DNA from: Squalus acanthias
Taxonomy: Eukaryota
Assembly (NCBI GenBank): GCA_030390025.1
Contig: CM059432.1
Location: forward strand, 18,788,001 to 18,852,000
Direction: 5' to 3'
Length of the DNA: 64,000 bases
The translations under genes and the position numbers were made by a program. Each line of letters starts with the position of its first letter. Positions within the stretch are counted from its first letter, which is position 1. The notes below the pieces were generated by a model, which ran no database searches, was not told the DNA's origin, and saw only the letters and a program-made list of their open reading frames with translations. Shown here one piece after another: positions 13,538 to 27,093 of this stretch.

Positions 13538-14744
13538 CTATTTGAACCGCAGCCTGAAGAGGCGATCATGGACCTTCCAGAAGGCCGATTGAGTGGCTGT
13601 CTCCTCCCTAGCTCCTGTTCCTTCTCATCCTCGTCCTCGTCCTCCTCCTCCTCCTCCTCCTCCTCTCCCTATTCCTTCTCCTGAGGTGGTCCCACAACCC
13701 CAGGTGGCAAGGGCTGGGCCTTCATGATGGCCAAGTTGTGGAGCATGCAGCAGACCACCACAAAATGGGACACCCGCTCAGCTGAGTACTGGAGGGCTCC
13801 TCTCGAGCGGTCAAGGTAGCGGAACCTTTGCTTGAGCATCCCGATGGTCTGCTTGATGATGTTCCTGGTGGTAGCATGGCTCTCATTTTATGAGTGCTGG
13901 ACAGGAGTGTTGGGGTTGCGGAGGGGAGTCATGAGCCAGGTGGAGAGCAGATAGCCCTTGTCTCCGAGCAGCCAGCTGGGAGCTTGATGTGGTGACTGGA
14001 AGAGTGCTGGCACACCGGTCTGGCGCAGGATGAAGGCATTGTGGCTGCTGCCAGGATAGTGGGCATTGACATTGAGGATTCGCTGTCTGTGGTCACACAC
14101 CAATTGCACATTAAGGGAGTGGTAGCCTTTCTAGTTATGGAAGATCTCAGGATTGTTATGAGGTGCCCGCAAAGCCACGTGGGTGCAGTCAATGGCACCC
14201 TGCACCATGGGGAATCTCGCTATCCTGGTAAAGCCACTTGCACGCTTGTCCTGCTTCTCTCTGGTGATGGGGGCTCGTCCTGCTTCTCTCTGGTGATGAG
14301 GAAGGAAATGTAGTCCCTTCTCCTAATGTAGAGAGCCTCTATGACCTCCCAGATGCAGCGATGGATGGCGAACTGCGAGATTTAAGCTATGTCTCCTGTT
14401 GCAGACTGGAAGGATCCACTGGTGAAGAAACTGAGGGCGATGGTGACCTTGACTGCAACTGAGAGAGCCGTGGCCGCCCTGATCTGAGGCTGGAGGTCTG
14501 GTTGCACGAGGTGGCAGGGTTCTATGACCACCTCCTTGGTGAAGCGGAGCCTTCTAATACATTGCTCCTCGCTTAATTGAAGGTAGAAGTGCTCTCAGAA
14601 TACCCCCGGAGGGTAAGGCCTCCTGTTGAGAGCCCTGATGGTTCTTCTCCTCTCTCTGGCCACATGTTCCAATCTTTCTCGCTGCCTGCACTCCCTCTGC
14701 CATAGATCCTGGAGGCCAAGGTCGACTACCAGTACAGCCCCCAT
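13538..14744 (-). pseudogene. Harbinger (HARBI1-like, DDE_Tnp_4) transposase, disrupted
   Basis: Motifs FFTSGSFQ, GAIDCTHV, YPGSSHNAFIL, LLGDKGY, HATTRNIIKQTIGMLKQRFR, CCMLHN; several stops, a 29-bp duplication near 14248-14300, and the catalytic E reads as K. Confidence 0.92.
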
Positions 14745-15309
14745 TAATGTAACCAAGTGCAGCAGTTTGACTTTTTTAAGAATAAATGTAGTTACTTTTT
14801 AGTTGCCAAAACACTCCTGATACTAAATAACCTTGAAATTATGGAATGAGACTGTTGCACGATGTGAAACTGACAAGAAAGTACTGAAATTCCACTAACC
14901 TACAGCTGCTACTCATTACTGATGATCCATTTAAATAACGTCCCTGGAGCTGGCTTCCTGTTGCTTCATGCCAGCTCTCCCTGTTTCCTCCAGGCGCTAA
15001 GGTAGGTGGCACCAATCAATTTCGCAGATCGGGTGGTCAGTGAGCATTGCACACTCACTGATGTCACGATCCACCTGATGTTGAGGCTCCCGGCGATAAC
15101 TGTTAGCAATGGTGCTGCAGCGGGGCGGGATTTGGTGTGTGTCATTGGATGTGCCTCACCCTAGTGATAATGCTCTAGTGCCCCATTAACGCCATCTGCT
15201 GGCGCTAACGGGAGGCGCTAAGGTACCGAATTTTTCCTCCTTACTCTTTTCTTTGCTGATTTGTCCATTTCCCTCAGAAGCGCATAATAAAAACTTGGCA
15301 CAAGATATT

Positions 15310-15670
15310 TTTTACTCATTCTCAAGATATTGGCATTGCTGGCAGACATGGCATTTATTGCTCTGCCAATTCCAAGGGCACCTAAGATTCATTCATGTTA
15401 ATGTGGGATTGGAGTCACAAATAGGCCAAACCAGGTAAGGACATCAGGTTTCCTTCCCCAAAGGAAATTAGGGAACTAATTGGATTTTTACTACAATCTG
15501 ACATCTTCAAGGTCATTTTTACTGATACCACCTATTGTATTTCCAGCTTCTTTAAAAACTGAATTCAATTTCTCAAACTGCCATGGTGGGATTTTGAACT
15601 GATGTCCACGTGGATTATTAGTCCAGGCCTCTGGTGACTAGTCCAGTAACATAAGCATAACACTACTGTA
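15310..15670 (-). mobile_element. Degraded copy of the SINE family seen at 28319
   Basis: Reverse complement matches GTTACTGGACTA..AATCC...AAATCCCACCATGGCAG and CCTTACCTGG. Confidence 0.7.
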
Positions 15671-16609
15671 GAGTTTATCTCTTTTTCTTTTAGTGGGCTC
15701 AAAAAATCAAGCAAGACTTTATAATTGGTTTTATTGACATTAAGACATGACAGTTTGACGAATAAAGGAGCAATACAACCTTATTCAAGAGTGCAACTCA
15801 GAAGCAAGGGTGACATTCATAAAGAATGTGTTGATAACTGCTGAAAATCGCAGAGAAAATTTTCCCTCCCTAATTAATTTTATCTTGGATTTGGAAGTGG
15901 CTGATTTTGAATTCTTTGAAGTGCTTTTATAACAGAAATCCCTTTGTGGAAATTCTGAGCTTGTTGTGAAATCTGACCACACTGGAAATTGAGCAACGGA
16001 ACTCTCTGAAAGTGCAATTGTTAACACACTTACTTCAAGCAGGTTATGCGATTGTTCAGTTAATTAATGTTTCAAATATACAGTGCATAAGTTGCATCCT
16101 GGCCCGACTCTGTACTCAGATAAAGTTGAGTTCTGTACGTATGCATTTAAACATGTGCAGAAACCTATTCACTGATGTCAGATGCCTCGGTTATAGTTTT
16201 ATTGAAGCTGCTGTACAGCTCAAGTGATGCGAGACTATTGCTGCCACATAACAGGTCAAAATGTGAATTGCCCTGAAGCTGCAAACTGACAACTGCGTCA
16301 TACTGACACAGAAACTGGCCCATAATTTTGGGGTCAACCATACACACAAGACAGGGACAGAAGTGTTAGCCTTGGATCACCGGTAGCATTCTTGCTTCTT
16401 TGTTAGGTGGTTGCAGGTTCAAGCCCCATGCCAGAGACTTGAGCACATAATCCAGGCTGACACTGTTATAGTTCAGGTGCAAATGGGTGAGTAGTATTAT
16501 GACTAGACTGAGGTAGTGGGACCAGGTCACAAACTGCTTTTTAAGAATTTGTTCTGGGAATGTGGGCAATAATGACAAGGCAATATTTATTATCCATCCC
16601 TAATTAAAA

Positions 16610-17027
16610 AAAGAGAAGACTTGCATTTATATAACACCTTTCACAACCTCAGGACATCCCAACGCCCTTTACAGCCAATTAAGTACTTTTGAAGTGAAGT
16701 CACTGTGGTAATGCAGGAAACGCGGCAGCTAATGTGCGCACAGCAAGCTCCCACAAACAACAATGTGATAATGACCAGATAATCTGTTTTAGTGATGTTG
16801 GTTGAAGGATAAATATTGGCCAGGACACCGGGAATAACTCTCCTGCTCTTCTTCGAAATAGTGCCATGGGATCTTTTACATCCAAAAGATGGCACCTTCC
16901 AACAGTGCAACACTCCCTTAGCACTGCACTGTAGATTTTTGTGCTCAAGTCTCTGGAGTGGGACTTGAACCCACAACTCTCTCACTCTAAGGTGAGGGTA
17001 CTACCAACTGAGCCACTGGCTGACACT
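16610..17027 (-). mobile_element. DeuSINE/SacSINE1-like SINE nested in an older SINE (flanks about 16548-16605 and 17028-17250)
   Basis: Reverse complement of the 2326-2790 family; ORF 16700..16948 mirrors ORF 2519..2704. Confidence 0.88.
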
Positions 17028-17872
17028 TAGTTGCCCTAAGGGCAATAAGAATCAACCATGTAGTGTGGGACTGGAGTCATGTGTAGGATAGGGATAGCAG
17101 TTCCCATCCCTTAAGGATATTAATGAATCAGTTGAGTTTTTACAATCTAGCAGTTTTCATGGTCACTTTCTGGTACTACTCCAGATTTATTAAATAAAAT
17201 TTTAACTCACAGCCTATTGGTTGCTAGTCCAGTATCATAACAACTGCGCCACAGTACCCATCACTTACCAGATGACTGTCATGTTGTGTGTCCAGAATCA
17301 CACCATCTTGCCCTGGATCAGAGTCCTGCTGATCACAGCGAGAATCTATTGCTTACTGTTTGGCAGTACAAAGCCATTAAGACTAATAAACTGTATGAGG
17401 AAGTGTACTTCATGCCAGAGTTCATCTTCGACAACACAGTACCAAGTAATGGTTATGAAACAGAGGAGCTAGATGAGATCATGCTTGGTACCCTCACTAC
17501 AGCCAAATGTTCTTAACACATTCTTAACAAACTTAGTGACTTGATATTTTTGGTGCTTGGAGTCAGAGATGTGGAGATAAAAAGGATAAATCTGTAAAGA
17601 ATGGAAAACCGACAGAAAATGCTGGAAGTACATAGCTGACCCCGCCTGCATCCGAAAAGATGGATTAACCTTTTGGATTTTAACTGGAAGATGAGCATGT
17701 CCCTTAAAGACTAAGGAAAATTGAAGAGTTGAGGTAAGGGGAGAGAAAGGGGAAGAGCAAAAGTGAGAGAGAGAAAAAGAGTTCATTAGTTTAATATGCT
17801 GTGAATAATTTTTTTTAAGGCTTTGCAAACCTGAGCTGGTTTTGTTCCTTTCCTCCTCTAATATCGGGGGTG

Positions 17873-19628
17873 GTGGGGGAATTTTCCAGGGGGTCAGCGG
17901 GTGCAATTGGTGGCGGGTTGGGGGGGGAATGTTTTTTTTGACAGCGGGTTGGGACCCTGCTGTCAACCAGCCACCACGCGCCTTTCCCAAATGTCGGGTC
18001 TGTCAGTGCTAAGCAGACCCGAAACGCAGTGGCGGGAGAGGTAATTCAGGTCATTATGACCTTGTTAACAGAGCATTAAGAACTATTTTCAACTCACCTT
18101 CAGAGTTTACCAGGTCGCCCATGGGGTCCACACTGCTCGGATCAGGTAAGCAGGGCAGGAGTTGAATGGCCATGGAATCATCTCATTACTTGACTGCTGC
18201 AAATGTGCTATAAAAGCTCCCATCTCACAGCTGTACGATTTCCAAGCTCAGAAGTTGTTGCTTACTGCATTTGGAAGACAGATTGAGCTTTATGCAGGTT
18301 GCAAGTGTTTGGAGCAAACTCTCTATCCAGTGTCACCTCATTGGAACAACCTCTCTCACCACTGACAGATCGCTTCTGTCATCTCAAGTTCACCTGCCAT
18401 CTATTACATCAGAATGGGTATGGTTTATACTGTCTCACCTTGGTCCTCAGAATCCCACCACGATCAGCCCCAACACCAGCATCACCACGTACACGAGCAG
18501 TACCAACAACAACACCAATCTTCTCCGTAATCAACTGATGCTGCACAGGACACAGGGCATCAGCACCCGGCCATATGGCTGTCCGGGAGGCCAGGGATGG
18601 CCTCACCATGGCCAGATTTACTTCACTTGACGCTGTACACCTTGGTTGCCATATGATGCGCCAGGTTGGCACCACCCCACACCAACACCATAAAGCATCC
18701 TTACAATGCCCAAGCCATTCCTTTCACACTCATCACCATTACGGGGGGTACCGTTATGTCTCACCATTCACTGCAACTCACTAAGCCACTTCCAAAGGTG
18801 CACACAAATTTGTCCAAGAATGCAAAGTGTTGAAAATAAAGATTTCAATGCTTGACAGCATATTAACAGAAACTTTACATGAACATTGGATAAAATACCC
18901 AAGTGCCTACCCTTGTGTGTTGTTAGTTGGTATGATTGGACTAGGATGAGGGTGAGTGTGAGGGGTGGCTAGTGATTTGGGGAAGTGATAATGTAGATAG
19001 AGGTGGAGGTGCAAGGTAAGTTGGTGTGAGTAAAGATGTGCAGGAGTAGGGTAGGGAAGGCAGAGTGATGGGGATGTGATGAGTGGCACAGCAGGCTGAG
19101 GTTGAGTGTGGCTTTGTACTAACGTTTCATGATCTACTGAGATCATTGAAAGCTTTGCAGCCTAGACCTCCTGACAACATCCCTGCTTGTGTCTTCCTGT
19201 GCAACGTGCAACCAGGCTGCGTTGGTCTCCTGGGGAGGTCTCTTCCGCCCATTGGAAGGGAAGAGAATCTCTCTGCGTGCTGTGACTCCCTCCATAAGCA
19301 TATGGAGGGAGTCATGGGAGGGCCTGAGTGCAGCCTCTGTGAAGTGCTTGTCAGTGTTTGCAGCACCTCAATGCTGTAGAACACTGACAGCACAAATGTC
19401 AAAGTAAATTTGCGCATGGTCCCTTTAAGGAAACTGGCTGATAACGTGTCATCAAATGATGTCACCAAACCCGCTTCCTTCAATTGGCCGGCAAATGCGC
19501 TGGGTGGGCTTAACAAGCCCAATCAGAGAAAAATCATTCTGGACAGCAAGCTGGAGCCAGCAGCGAGGCCAGGACCCGCCACCGACGTCGCCCGCTACGG
19601 ACCCGCCGAGGTTGGTAAAATCCAGTCC
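17873..19628. mobile_element. Internally deleted Harbinger element (second family)
   Basis: Ends GGGGGAATTTTCC and GGTAAAATCCAGTCC; minus-strand Myb remnant KAFNDLSRS followed by GTTAGT near 19120-19160; plus-strand transposase C-terminus-like AVREARDGLTMARF near 18578. Confidence 0.7.
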
Positions 19629-19749
19629 ATCTTTTCACTGCTTGACCCGAAATTATCTTGATATCATCCACGAGGCTTTTACCTTTTTACAGCATTTTCA
19701 GAAAGGTCTATTGACATGCTATTCATTGCTTCTTTGTGACAGAAGACAA

Positions 19750-20505
19750 TGGCCAAGATTTTGCTGTAGCAGGGCATCTAACGACATCTGCCATTAGTTA
19801 GACTTGTTCATGCATGTTAAGGTTTTTAAATGTTTTGTGTCGTAAGTTTGAGCTGATAATGGGCATCTGGGACCTGAGTGAACAGGGTAACCAATTGTGT
19901 ATCTCCTTAATCAATCAGATTGAAGGTTTGAGAGATAAACAGCAGAATGACTGAGAAGGAAGTGTATAAATTCAATGTCAAATCAGAAACAGAAAGAAAA
20001 ATAAAGAGAGGTGGAGGAAGACTGGATTAAGTTAAAGAGAAAGAAGTGCCAGAAAGGATAAGTTACTAAAAAAGTTTTAATTTTATATTTGACATTTTTA
20101 AAATCTCCAACAACAATTAAAATTTGAAGGAATGAGACTCCGCAGTTGTAATAGTTATTTTTCAGTGCCAGAGAGGTTAATTGGCAGTAATTAACAATTA
20201 TCACATCATTAAAAAGATACTTACCCTTCTAATGACCAGACTTAACTTTCTGCAGCGGGTTTAGTTCATATCTACCGCGCAAGTACAGCAACTTCATGCC
20301 ATTCAATGCACTTCAATGGTGAGTCAGACAGCCGAATGCCGTTTTTGCGAAGCTAATGGCGGAACGGCACAACTCGGACTGCAACTTTTGGATATTAGCA
20401 TTTAACCACACATCTGCTTCTCGCCTGAAGTTGCTGCACCATTTACGTGTAAATAATGGCGAGAGCCATTATCCTCACCGTTGCTTTGACAGTAAAATCT
20501 GGCCA
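19750..20505. mobile_element. MITE (TIR DNA transposon)
   Basis: TIRs TGGCCAAGATTTTGCTGT / ACAGTAAAATCTGGCCA. Confidence 0.65.
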
Positions 20506-22624
20506 AGTGTTTTACCTGACTTTGACTAATTGTCTCCTCCTACCTTTGTTTTGTTCGGCCCTCTGAAAGGGCTTGTTCATCTCTCAGAAGAGTTCACACC
20601 CAACATGCTAACCTATCCTTTCTATATATGGATGCTGATGGATTGTCTGTGTATTTCCAGCATTGTTGTTGTCATGTAACCAAGTGATGGGATGGCTGGG
20701 CTGGGAAGGCACTAGCTGTGCGACTGGTCTACACGATGCCTAATTATCTTTGATCTCATTTATCTATTGTCGCGCAAAGATCCATGGGAAAGTACTTTCT
20801 CCAAAGCAATACGGGAGGAAAGCAGGGAATTATAATCTGATAAAGCACTCGGACATTTTAAGACTCACTCAGTAAAAGTAAAGGAAACTCACAATGTGTT
20901 CCTGAACGGAAATATGCTTTTATTCTGAGGTTATCCCTAGATTATGGTTGACATATTATATTGTTATGTGGCTTTAGTATTCACCAGACTGGGAGAGTTG
21001 ATAGATGCAGTGATATTGCTCAGCTACTTAAACTGTGCCAGAGGGATTTGATAAAGTAGTGCTATTTTTCATTGTCTAATTTTTTTTTGCACAATATGGG
21101 GTATACGTAGCTAATGTCACCTCAAGCTGTTTGATATAATGTTCACTCAGTGGAATCTTTGTTTCATGTATTTGTTGGTTAACCCATCTGTTGCATTCAG
21201 AACAAATCACTATAAAGAGATTAGTGCATGTACGCCTTTCAATCAAACAGAAAGTTTTACAAAAGCTCCCCAAAACCTCAACTTCAGGTTGCGATTTGCC
21301 ACTTTAGTTTCCATTCTTTTTACATGGATATGTTGATTTTGCACCTGTTGTTTATTGCAGGTGGGTAGTTAGCAGTGTGAGCAGGAGGCCTCGATTGACA
21401 GATGCAGATGGGAATTTTACCGAAAGGACTTCTTGATAAAAGTAGTACAACCCTCTGACTATTTAATTAGCAGTGTTAAGGTTGGTGATATGGAAGCCTG
21501 AGTTGAGAGCTTTAAAATCCCTCCCTCTGTGATTATCCACACTAAAAAAAATTCTGAGGGTAAATTTTGACCCCGAGCACCCTTGGCACAGGGCTTCATA
21601 TGATGGGACTGAAGTGTTTGAGTAGATTATGTGCTCAAGTGTCTGGGATGGGACTTGAACCCACAACCTTCTGACTCACAGGTGAGAGTACTACCAATTT
21701 TTTTTAATGGACTTATTCAACATTAAAAACATTTACAACATCGTGATCATTCCATTGTATCATACAAATCCATTCTGCCACTCTGCAGTCATTCCTCCAA
21801 CACATATTTTAACATCAAAAACTGAAGTTTAATTTGTCTCCCGCGACATATATTAAAGAGTACTGCCAATTGAGCCACGGCTGACAGTCATGTGGTATAG
21901 GTTGTTTTGGTGCACGCTGGGTGTTATTATTCCACAGGACTGGGGTTAAAACTACAATTCCCAAGATTGGGGATTACATCAACATAATGGCTTAGATTTT
22001 GCACTCGCGTTATGCCGACTCCCAGGTGTCATTCAAGAGTGGAATGTGTAGGAGATTCCTTGGGAGCTGCTCCCAGGCAGGCTCCTAGGGCGGAGTTCAG
22101 GGAACCCAGCAACATTATTTCAATGACCCCGACCCCAAAAGCCACTGGCATCTGTATTAATGATGCAAATTTAAAGCATTCTATTATTAATAAAAGCTAT
22201 TGAAATTTGATATGTTGATCAATATATTATGCAGCAAAGTGAGGCTTTTATTGTAATTATTCAGTAGTGTATTCCTTCCACCCTAAAAGACCTTTTCGTA
22301 TTGCGGCATGATAATGAGTCTGTGCCCTGCTTGGTGTATTCCTATTGGATTTTCTTTATTTTGACAGTAGACCATGGCTATTTATGCAAGTGAATGAAAA
22401 TATTTCAAGGCAAATTAAGCTCTGTATTCATTAGTGGCAGTTTGCTTGCTGTTATTAACATGATTGTATAACATGATTGTAAAACATGACATAGAACAGT
22501 ACTCTGAGCCATCAATAATTGTCTGTACCAGGTTCAGATAAAGTGAGGGCTAGATAACAGAGATGACAGAAACATGATTCCTCTTGTTAGACTAACTGTG
22601 ATGCACTGCTGCTTTCCAAACTGT

Positions 22625-23769
22625 GGCGATTTCTTCAATAATTCACTACTTAAAGGGAAGGTTCATTGATGCTGCAGCACCTCATTCTCAGCAGTGTTGG
22701 CTGTGCAGCTGCCTCAACAACCATAAGAAGAAGGACAAGGAGAAAAAGCACTTATTTATAAATTCTCATGGCAGATTGCCGCCCCAGGGAGAGAGCCGCA
22801 TGTTTTCCCATTAAGCTTTGGAGGCATTGGTTTTAGCGCTGGAAAGAAGGCGGGCAGTCTTGTACCCATCAACTGGCAGGAGGCATTAGCCACAAATCTG
22901 CCACACTATGTGGAGGGAGGTGGCACACCACATCACGGACCGTCCATCCGGAAGCCTGATTGTCCGGCTGCCTCCTCCCTCCCTCCTGTTCCTTGTCTTC
23001 TTCCTCCTCATCTTCTTCCACCACATCTTCTTCCTCCACATCTTCTTCCTCCTCATCTTCTTCCTCCACATCTTCTTCCTCCTCATCTTCTTCCTCCACA
23101 TCTTCTTCCTCCTCATTTTCTTCCTCCACATCTTCTTCCTCCTCATCTTCTTCCTCCTCGTCTTCGTCCTCCTTCCTCTGCGCACATGTTCCCATCTTTC
23201 TCACTGTCTACGCTCCTCCCACTGTAGATCCCGGAGGGTGAGCTGGCATGCCAGTTCAGCCCACATTAATCTTACCAAGTGTTGCAGTTTGAATCTTTGA
23301 AGAATAAATGTAGCTACTTTGTACTTGCCACAAGACTACTGATACAAAAGAACCTTGAAATGACGCAATGAAACTGTTGCAGTAGCTAAAACTAACAAAA
23401 AGCCACTGAAACTGCACTAACCTGTCAGGTGCGAGTGATTACTGATGATCCCTTTAAATAATGTCCTTGCAGCCGGCTTCCAAGTGTTCCACACCAGCTC
23501 TCCCTGTCGGTGTTTACTCCAGGCGGTGAGGTAAGTGGCTAAAAGCAATTTGGGAAATCGGGCGTTCAGTGAGCGTTGCACACTCACTGACGTCACAATC
23601 TCCATGGCGTTGAGGTGCCCGGCGATTGCTGTTACTGGCAGCGCTATGGGAGTTCCCGTTTTGGCATGCGGCGCTGGATTCGCCTCGCCCTGTTGGTACT
23701 GGTCTCAATGCCGCGTTAGCGACATCTACTGGTGCTAACAGGTGGCGCTAAGGGACGAATTTTTCCCCC
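22625..23769. mobile_element. Deletion derivative of the 11143-15240 Harbinger family
   Basis: Blocks homologous to about 11370-11670, 13570-13670 and 14660-15240; ends GAATTTTTCCCCC; left terminus not found. Confidence 0.85.
22996..23177. repeat. 15/30-bp minisatellite (TCTTCTTCCTCC[T/A]CA)n reading as poly-E/D on the minus strand
   Basis: About 11-12 directly visible 15-bp units. Confidence 0.95.
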
Positions 23770-24404
23770 ATGTGATGGGAATAAAACAGGTAATGCGACA
23801 CGGTGTGGCAGATCTGACAGGACCGCAGGTGGATGTGAGGTCTTGGGTGCTGTGATGGATCCAACCAGCTCTTGAGGGAGGCTTCAGACCATGGCAGGGA
23901 TGGTGTTATCAGACTGCAGCTACCTTCTTCACTAACCCTTCAGGATAGGCTATCAACCGTTTTGAACCACACCTTCACCTGATGGGGTGGGAAATTGATT
24001 ATGGTCCATTTTCGGATCAACGGTACGCTCACAGTGTGCGCCCCCAACCAAGGCCTGCCCAAAATTGGTCCTGAAGCCTCATTAGCATTTTCTATGCAAG
24101 CTGACAGCGTCGGTCATGCTTCTGCAGGCAGCTCACGCATTTTACATTTTTTAATATTGGGCCACTTGCCCTTAGTGGCCCTCAGTTCAGGTAAGGGGGG
24201 TTTGGCGTGTTCAGGGGAGAGGCTGCCGATTGCGAGGATTGTGGAGTCAGAGTGAGCACTCTGCAAGGAGGCCCAAAACAGGTACTTTGCCTCTCATTTA
24301 CATATGTAAGGGACCTAATGCTTGTTTTAGGCAGCCGCCCGGTTGCCTGCAAAGCCGCCTTTACCAATATGGTGGCACCCGTAACGCAGGCGCAGTTAGG
24401 AAAG

Positions 24405-24550
24405 GGTATTAAGATTGTTGTTAGGCAAGGGCATCAAGCAATATGGAACAAAGGCAGGTCAATGGAGTTGGGGTACAGATCAGCCATAATCTAATTGAAT
24501 TGCAGAACAGGCTCGAGGGGCTGTATGGCCTACTCCTGTTCCTCTGTTCC
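24405..24550 (+). mobile_element. CR1 3' UTR fragment
   Basis: CAGATCAGCCATAATCTAATTGAATTGC...GGCCTACTCCTGTTCCT. Confidence 0.8.
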
Positions 24551-26427
24551 CAGCATGTCATCACTCCTATCACATCCCCTTCTCTCAGCCCTATATCCTG
24601 TGCACTACCTCTCCCTCTCCTTTACCCCATATCATTCCAGTAACGCATTTATGACCCCTGCCTGAGCTCCACCCACCCCTGTCTGTGTTACACCACACTA
24701 CAATACCTTCCTTATTGCCCTTCTTCCACTGGCCCTTATCATCCTAGGTAAATGACATTACCCCTACTAGACCCATATCATCCCATCTTTCTGCTGCCTC
24801 TCAATGCTTTGCACTCCCTATCTCCCCATTCCTATTGACCCCCTATCTTCTGCTCATTGACAGCCTCCCATTCCACGCTGCTGTCTCTCCATTCCCCTCC
24901 TGGGATGTGTCGTTCCCTTCTGTGGATGCTCCATTAGGTCTGTATCTGTGACGATGCCCTGTCTCCCTCTATAGGTATTCCTTAATCCTCACTTTTTCTT
25001 CATTCTCTAGCGACCCTAAGATATTTTTGGAAATGAAAATTGGGAGATGTGTAATGGAGTGGCTGATTCAATATCGCTCACAACTAACGCCCAAAATCAA
25101 AATTACCTCACAGTCTCAATATTAATTACAAAAAAGGTCCACAAGTTCCTCGTACTTGTTATTGGGGGTGAGGGCGGAGCGGGCAAGGAAGAGGGGCTAA
25201 AGGAGATTGTTGGTCATGGAAAAAAGAAGCAGGTCTCCAGGATGTTTTGGGAAGAGGAGAGTGAGGCCCGATAGCATTGATGTGGTTCTGCCAGATCTGG
25301 TGATGGATGGCTAAACCAGTTGTACACCAGACAAGTTCATAGGACCCTGATTTCCATGTTAAAATGGGCCTATTGCCTGAATCAGGTGGGCGCTTTGGAC
25401 ACCGTCAGAATGCAACCGGCCGCATCGCTGGTGTTAATGGGATGATAAGGCAGCCGACCCCCTTTTGAAGCCGTTACCGTCCCGTAATGCCAGGCGAGGC
25501 CGCTCAGAATTGACCCCAAGTTCTCAATATATTAAGATATAGTTATACTTTAAGATAAGAGGTATAGGTGACCAGTGGGTGAATTCATCTTCAACGTGCA
25601 CGTAAAAGTACAAGCGTACAGGTGATATTACTCTATATATTATTGTGTTCACATATTTGTATGAAATTCCTTTGCTTGCTATTTTAATAAAGGTCTTAAT
25701 CAGTTTAAACTAAATTGACGTCACACTGAAATTTCAACCCAATTGATTGTATCTGCTGAGAATTGCGTATTTTAATTGAGCTCTCCTTCTGCATTTGAGG
25801 AAAAAAACTTGATATATTTCAGGATGCATTCATGATGCACGCTATCAATATGTATGTGCTGTACTGTGCTAGAGTGCAAGAAGTTACCAGGGAAAGCCAT
25901 TGCAGCAGACAGTATAAATGAGTTCAAGGGGCAATGAGATATGTTCAGGACAGAAAAGCTTGAGGGAGTTCCAGTGAGACCGTTCTCTGCTTTTAAAATT
26001 TCTTATGCCTTTATTCATATGTTCTCAGTCTGACATGTAACTTGCATCACTTTTAAACACAAACACAGTTTCTTCATTAACGGACTCATTTTCTTAAATA
26101 TTTCAAAGGTTTGATGAAATAATAAAGATTATGTACGTGCTGTATCAGTGAATTATGGTTTGTCTAGTCAAGTGAAGGAATCAACGTTTGGACTGATTGG
26201 TCAATCAGCTGGCCAATTTCCTGGTGTAGTATGACTGTATTTATCTTACGATGTTTAAATATTCAATGCCCTTTCTGGCACACATGACAGATAAATGTTT
26301 AGATATGCTACAATTACAAAGGCTGCTCGTGGGCTTTGGCTCCAGCTTCAAACAATTAATGTTATCTCTGCATAATTGAGAGAACAATTGCGACCAAGAG
26401 TTCTGGTGCAGTTTTGACGATGAATAC

Positions 26428-26810
26428 CCTGGTCAATATTTATCCTTCAACCAACATCAGTAAAAAAGATTATCTAGTCATTTATCACATTGCTGTTTGT
26501 GGGACCTTGCTGTGTACTAATTGGCTGCTGCGTTTCCTACATTACAACAGTGATTACACTTCTAAAGTACTTCATTGGCTGTAAAACACTTTAGGATGTC
26601 CTGAACTCATAAAAGGCACTTTGTCTCGCTTTTCTCCCTTTCTTTCTTTCTTTTTCTCTCTTTTTCTCTCTTTCTCTCTCTTTCTTTCTTTCCCTCTCTC
26701 TTTCTTTCTCTCTCTTTCTCTCTCTCTTTCTTTCTCTCTCTTTCTCTCTCTCTTTATTTCTTTCGATCTCTCTTTCGTTCGCTCTCTCTTTTTCTTTCTT
26801 TCTTTCTCTA
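26428..26810 (+). mobile_element. DeuSINE 3' half followed by an expanded (TC/TTTC)n microsatellite tail (about 26620-26810)
   Basis: Matches 2580-2790, then about 190 bp of pyrimidine repeat. Confidence 0.88.
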
Positions 26811-27093
26811 TGGCTTCCACAGTGGCAAGAGAGTAGTAAGTGACAAGCTGTTGCTTTCCCTCAGCAACCTTTGGGGAATGAAGTGGTCTTCATTTCTCTG
26901 CAGCTGTGGCCCCCACAGGGACCTGCTGCAGACTTTGTCTCATCTGCTGTTGCCAGTGTTGCCTGATCCTGGCTGCTCTTTGCCACATGCGCAGGCATCT
27001 AGGAGAGCTGGTGAGAATGTACACACATGGTCCCATCCAGAGAGAAAGCAACCTGAATCATCCCAGTCAGTTCACTGAGACCTAAGATATACT

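Larger units (their letters stand above)
11143..15240. mobile_element. Full-length decayed PIF/Harbinger DNA transposon (about 4.1 kb)
   Basis: TTA TSD (11140-11142, 15241-15243); imperfect TIRs GGGCTAGAAATTC / GAATTTTTCCTCC; convergent Myb/SANT and DDE transposase genes inside. Confidence 0.92.

Noticed and set aside
13538..14744. Host HARBI1/NAIF1 genes
   Set aside because: Stops, frameshifts, a mutated catalytic residue, and enclosure by TIRs/TSD show a transposon copy
17600..17690. Further pLTR-like remnant (also about 20580-20675)
   Set aside because: Resembles PLE family B but is too degraded; no intact hammerhead core or TSD
22869..23300. ORFs with poly-E/D, poly-S, RRKKM and HLLPP repeats
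   Set aside because: Reading-frame by-products of the 15/30-bp minisatellite in a transposon remnant
26572..26836. K/E/R-rich and F/L/S-rich ORFs
   Set aside because: Translations of a TC microsatellite
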